A DNA stretch of 64,000 bases from Amoebidium appalachense (taxonomy: Eukaryota > Protista > Ichthyosporea), in NCBI GenBank assembly GCA_963693365.1, contig CAVNZM010000002.1, positions 12,332,328-12,396,327 of the forward strand. Direction: 5' to 3'. The notes under the pieces were generated by a model. That model saw only the letters and a list, made by a program, of their open reading frames with translations, made no database searches and had not been told where the DNA came from. Both the position numbers and the translations under genes were made by a program. Position 1 is the stretch's first letter, and each line of letters starts with the position of its first letter. Below are positions 60,953 to 64,000 of the stretch, piece by piece.

Positions 60953-61755
60953 GTTAAAATGCACCAACTGAATTTGTATGGTTTATTTAGACTCCTGCGG
61001 TTTGGTTGGGTGACATGCACGGTCTTCCCGAAGGAGCCACGTACACACGTATAAAGAGGACAAAGGTGTGGGTTTTCTTTCATGTTGGGTGCGTAATGCG
61101 GCGGAAACCGAAAATTAGCCATTGTCAGTGGACGCTTTTTTTGTCCAGACAAATATTGTGACTTATGCAAACAGAATTCTACACATAGGGCAATGCTTGT
61201 TTTGTTCTGGCTAGTACATATACCAAGGCAGTTTGCAATTGGCCATGATCCATACATACTCTCCGCCTGCACGTCACAAGCAACCAGTTGTGTTTATACG
61301 GAACTCAGTCACAAAACACCGACTGTGTCGGGAGGCAATAGTAGCTGTTCTAAAAAATATAAAACTAAAACCCACCCGGAGGGCCTGGTCTAGATCTATT
61401 AGATTTTATGAGCTTCTTGCTGGGGACCCTCTTCAAGAAAACACATGCCAGAAGTCAAAAGCACTGTAGAAACACTATATAGCAGTATAGTATATGAAGT
61501 TTGGCTGCGACAGAGCAGCAACAACCGAGTCATCTGTAATAAGTTTAAATCCTTAAAGAAAGTGATTGTTCTGTCAACGGTTTGTGGCTATGTGACCTTA
61601 GCGCGCTAGCTAATACAGTAAAGACTATAGTTTTGAGATAAATGGATGCACCCACATACAAAATCCTTCTTCAAACTAATACTACCACACAGGGTGCGCC
61701 TCACACAATCAACAAAAAAAGTGAAGGCAACCTTTAAAAACACACAGCCGCCACG

Positions 61756-63293
61756 ATGTTTCACAACCTCAGAAAAGAGAATCATCAGGCTGACGAATTG
61801 ACTTCGGCCATTGACACAAGCACACAACTCTGCACCACTACGTATACACCTCCTCCCCAACCTGTTCATACGCTACCCTCACCTCCACCGAAAAGCAAAC
61901 ACATAACTCCTATTCTTGCCGCGGTAATCATCATTTCAGCCATTCACGGGTTTTCCGACCAGCTCACCTCAGGTAGCATCAATAACTCCGTATACGGTGT
62001 GGCAGACTGGTTTGGGCAGCATGGGGTGCACATCAACAAAGAGAAATGGTCCACTTACGCGTCTATGCAGCAATTGGGGACTATTTTGGGCTCGCTCATC
62101 ACGGGGCCTATAGTGAATGTGTTGGGCCCGCGTACGGGGATGATTGCAAACAACACTTTTTATGTTGCCGCAGCAGTCTGCGCTGGACTGAGTGGATCGA
62201 ATTTCACTCTTTTCTGTTTGGGTATGTGTGCACCCCGTACACCTCACTCACATCCTACAATCACTTTCTGACAGAGAGAGTGAGAGAGAGAGAGAAAGAG
62301 AGGGAGGGAGGGGAGGAAGGGAGAGAGAGAGAGAGAGACAGAGAGAGAGCCTCGAGGCAGAGAGAGTATGAGGCACACAGGGAGAGAGAAGGGGGGGGGG
62401 GGGGGGGGGGGGGAGCGAGAGACTGGAGAAAGTGGAGCAATGCGGATGGTGCAGTAGAGTACGTGCACAGTGGCACCTTAAAAACCGCGTGCATGGTCTA
62501 AAAGCGCACACATGACAAAATAAGAAGATAAAAGTGTGTGCACACAAACCACGCACAAGCACACAAACACACACAAACACATACCGTGAAACACACACAC
62601 ACTCACATACTTGCATCCTAGCCCCCCCCAGCAACCAACAACTACACAACTGCACATGTGGAGAAACACACATACACGTTTAACACTGTTCTAAGCATGA
62701 GCGCACACAAATACTTAGATACGAAGTGCATATAAGGTGCCGACGGCCACACACCTCATCACCTTGCACTTCTACCATCACCCACACCCACACACACACA
62801 CTGGGAACCCAAAATTGACAGTCTCACACACACACGTGTCACATCTAACCCTCCTTCCCCCCCCCCCTCCCCCCTCCCTCCCCCCTTCTCCTGCTCCCCC
62901 TCCCTCCCTTCCCAACACACACACACAGGCCGGTTCATTTCAGGCACGGCTATGGGCTTCAATATTGGCTGTGCACAAATGTACGTGGGTGAATGCGCAC
63001 CGGCGGAAATCCGTGGAATCGCAAACATGATGATGGTCCTGATATGGTATACTGCCCTACCAATCACATATGCATTGGGAATGAAAAACGTTCTTGGAAA
63101 CCCGGAAAGTTGGAGAATTCTGTATGTTTTGACCCCTTCGATCGGTGTTTTGCATTTGTTTTTAGCGCCTTTTCTTCCCGAGAGCCCGCGGTATCTTCTA
63201 GCAAAAGGGAGGAGAGGGGCAGCAAAGAAATCCCTTCGGAGATTGAGAAATGTGAGTGCTGAGGTGGCAGAAGAGGAGCTGGCAACAATGGAG
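61756..63293 (+). CDS. MFS sugar porter (GLUT/SLC2A-like), 5' two exons; continues beyond the window
   Basis: Exon 61756-62221 (TM1-3, ..LGPRTGMIANN..) and exon 62929-63293 in phase: GRFISG..MYVGECAPAEIRG, ESWRILY, PFLPESPRYLL..AAKKSLRRLR. These are sugar-porter signature motifs. Confidence 0.9.
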
Positions 63294-63412
63294 GTAGGAC
63301 CCCCCCCCCCCCAAAAAAAAAAAAAAAAAAAAAAAAACAAAAAAAAAACATAAAAGTAGAAAAAAAAAAAAAAAAATGAAACAAACATAAAAGTAAAAAT
63401 CATTGAAAATAC

Positions 63413-63502
<90 letters not shown>

Positions 63503-64000
63503 CTCTGAGGTGAAACTGATACGTTTAGCATTTCCCCTTCCCGACCCCCCGGCAGTTCCCCTGGTGCTCCCGTCATCCCCGTCTTCCCTCGTTTTACCCA
63601 TCACTCCCTCCTCCCCTCCTTCCCCCCCCCCCCTCCCCCCCCCCCCCCCCCCCCCAACACACACACAAACCCACCCACCCACCCAACCACCCATCCTCCC
63701 ACCCAACCATCCACCCTGCCTCCAACCGACAACCGTTATCCACACACACACTGGCACACGCGCACACGCACCCACACAATTACCGTGGAACACACAAACA
63801 CAAATACATGCAACACCGAATACATGCACCTGAGGTGCCGCATGCTGAATAACCACAGGCGCATTTTCAACTGTCCCAACAGCAAAAAAATACGTGCACT
63901 AATATGCCAAAGAAGCCTTGCATATGCTAAAGAAATGCATTGCCTAAAGAATTCATAACCAACTGCCAAGATTCAGACCTTTTGTAGCAGTTCCTTGTAA

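Overview
Eukaryotic, intron-rich genomic DNA saturated with poly-G/poly-C tracts and (GT/CA)n, (CT/GA)n microsatellites. Almost all ORFs in the supplied track are low-complexity artefacts. The gene content suggests a non-photosynthetic opisthokont, possibly a unicellular holozoan, but this is inference. By tracing GT-AG exons by hand I recover five genes: a CRTC/TORC-like regulator (minus, ~0.6-11.8 kb, 3' end unresolved), a VARP-N plus Rabex5/Vps9-type Rab GEF (minus, 18.2-35.7 kb), a C2H2 zinc-finger protein (minus, 38.3-41.1 kb), 5-aminolevulinate synthase (minus, 50.8-53.9 kb) and the 5' part of a GLUT-type sugar porter (plus, from 61.8 kb). Two tRNA genes (Val-TAC, Cys-GCA) lie in an intron, and there is an internally deleted Helitron with recognisable termini (14196-17074). 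The most striking item is a non-coding, poly-C/G-associated repeat family (about 9 full or partial copies) with ~145-bp direct terminal repeats. Its internal region folds on the minus strand into a covarying, pseudoknotted RNA containing all three hammerhead-ribozyme core segments in a non-canonical, permuted order. This is a candidate non-autonomous Penelope-like/retrozyme element with an unusual ribozyme topology. All exon chains and RNA pairings were read by eye and not computed.
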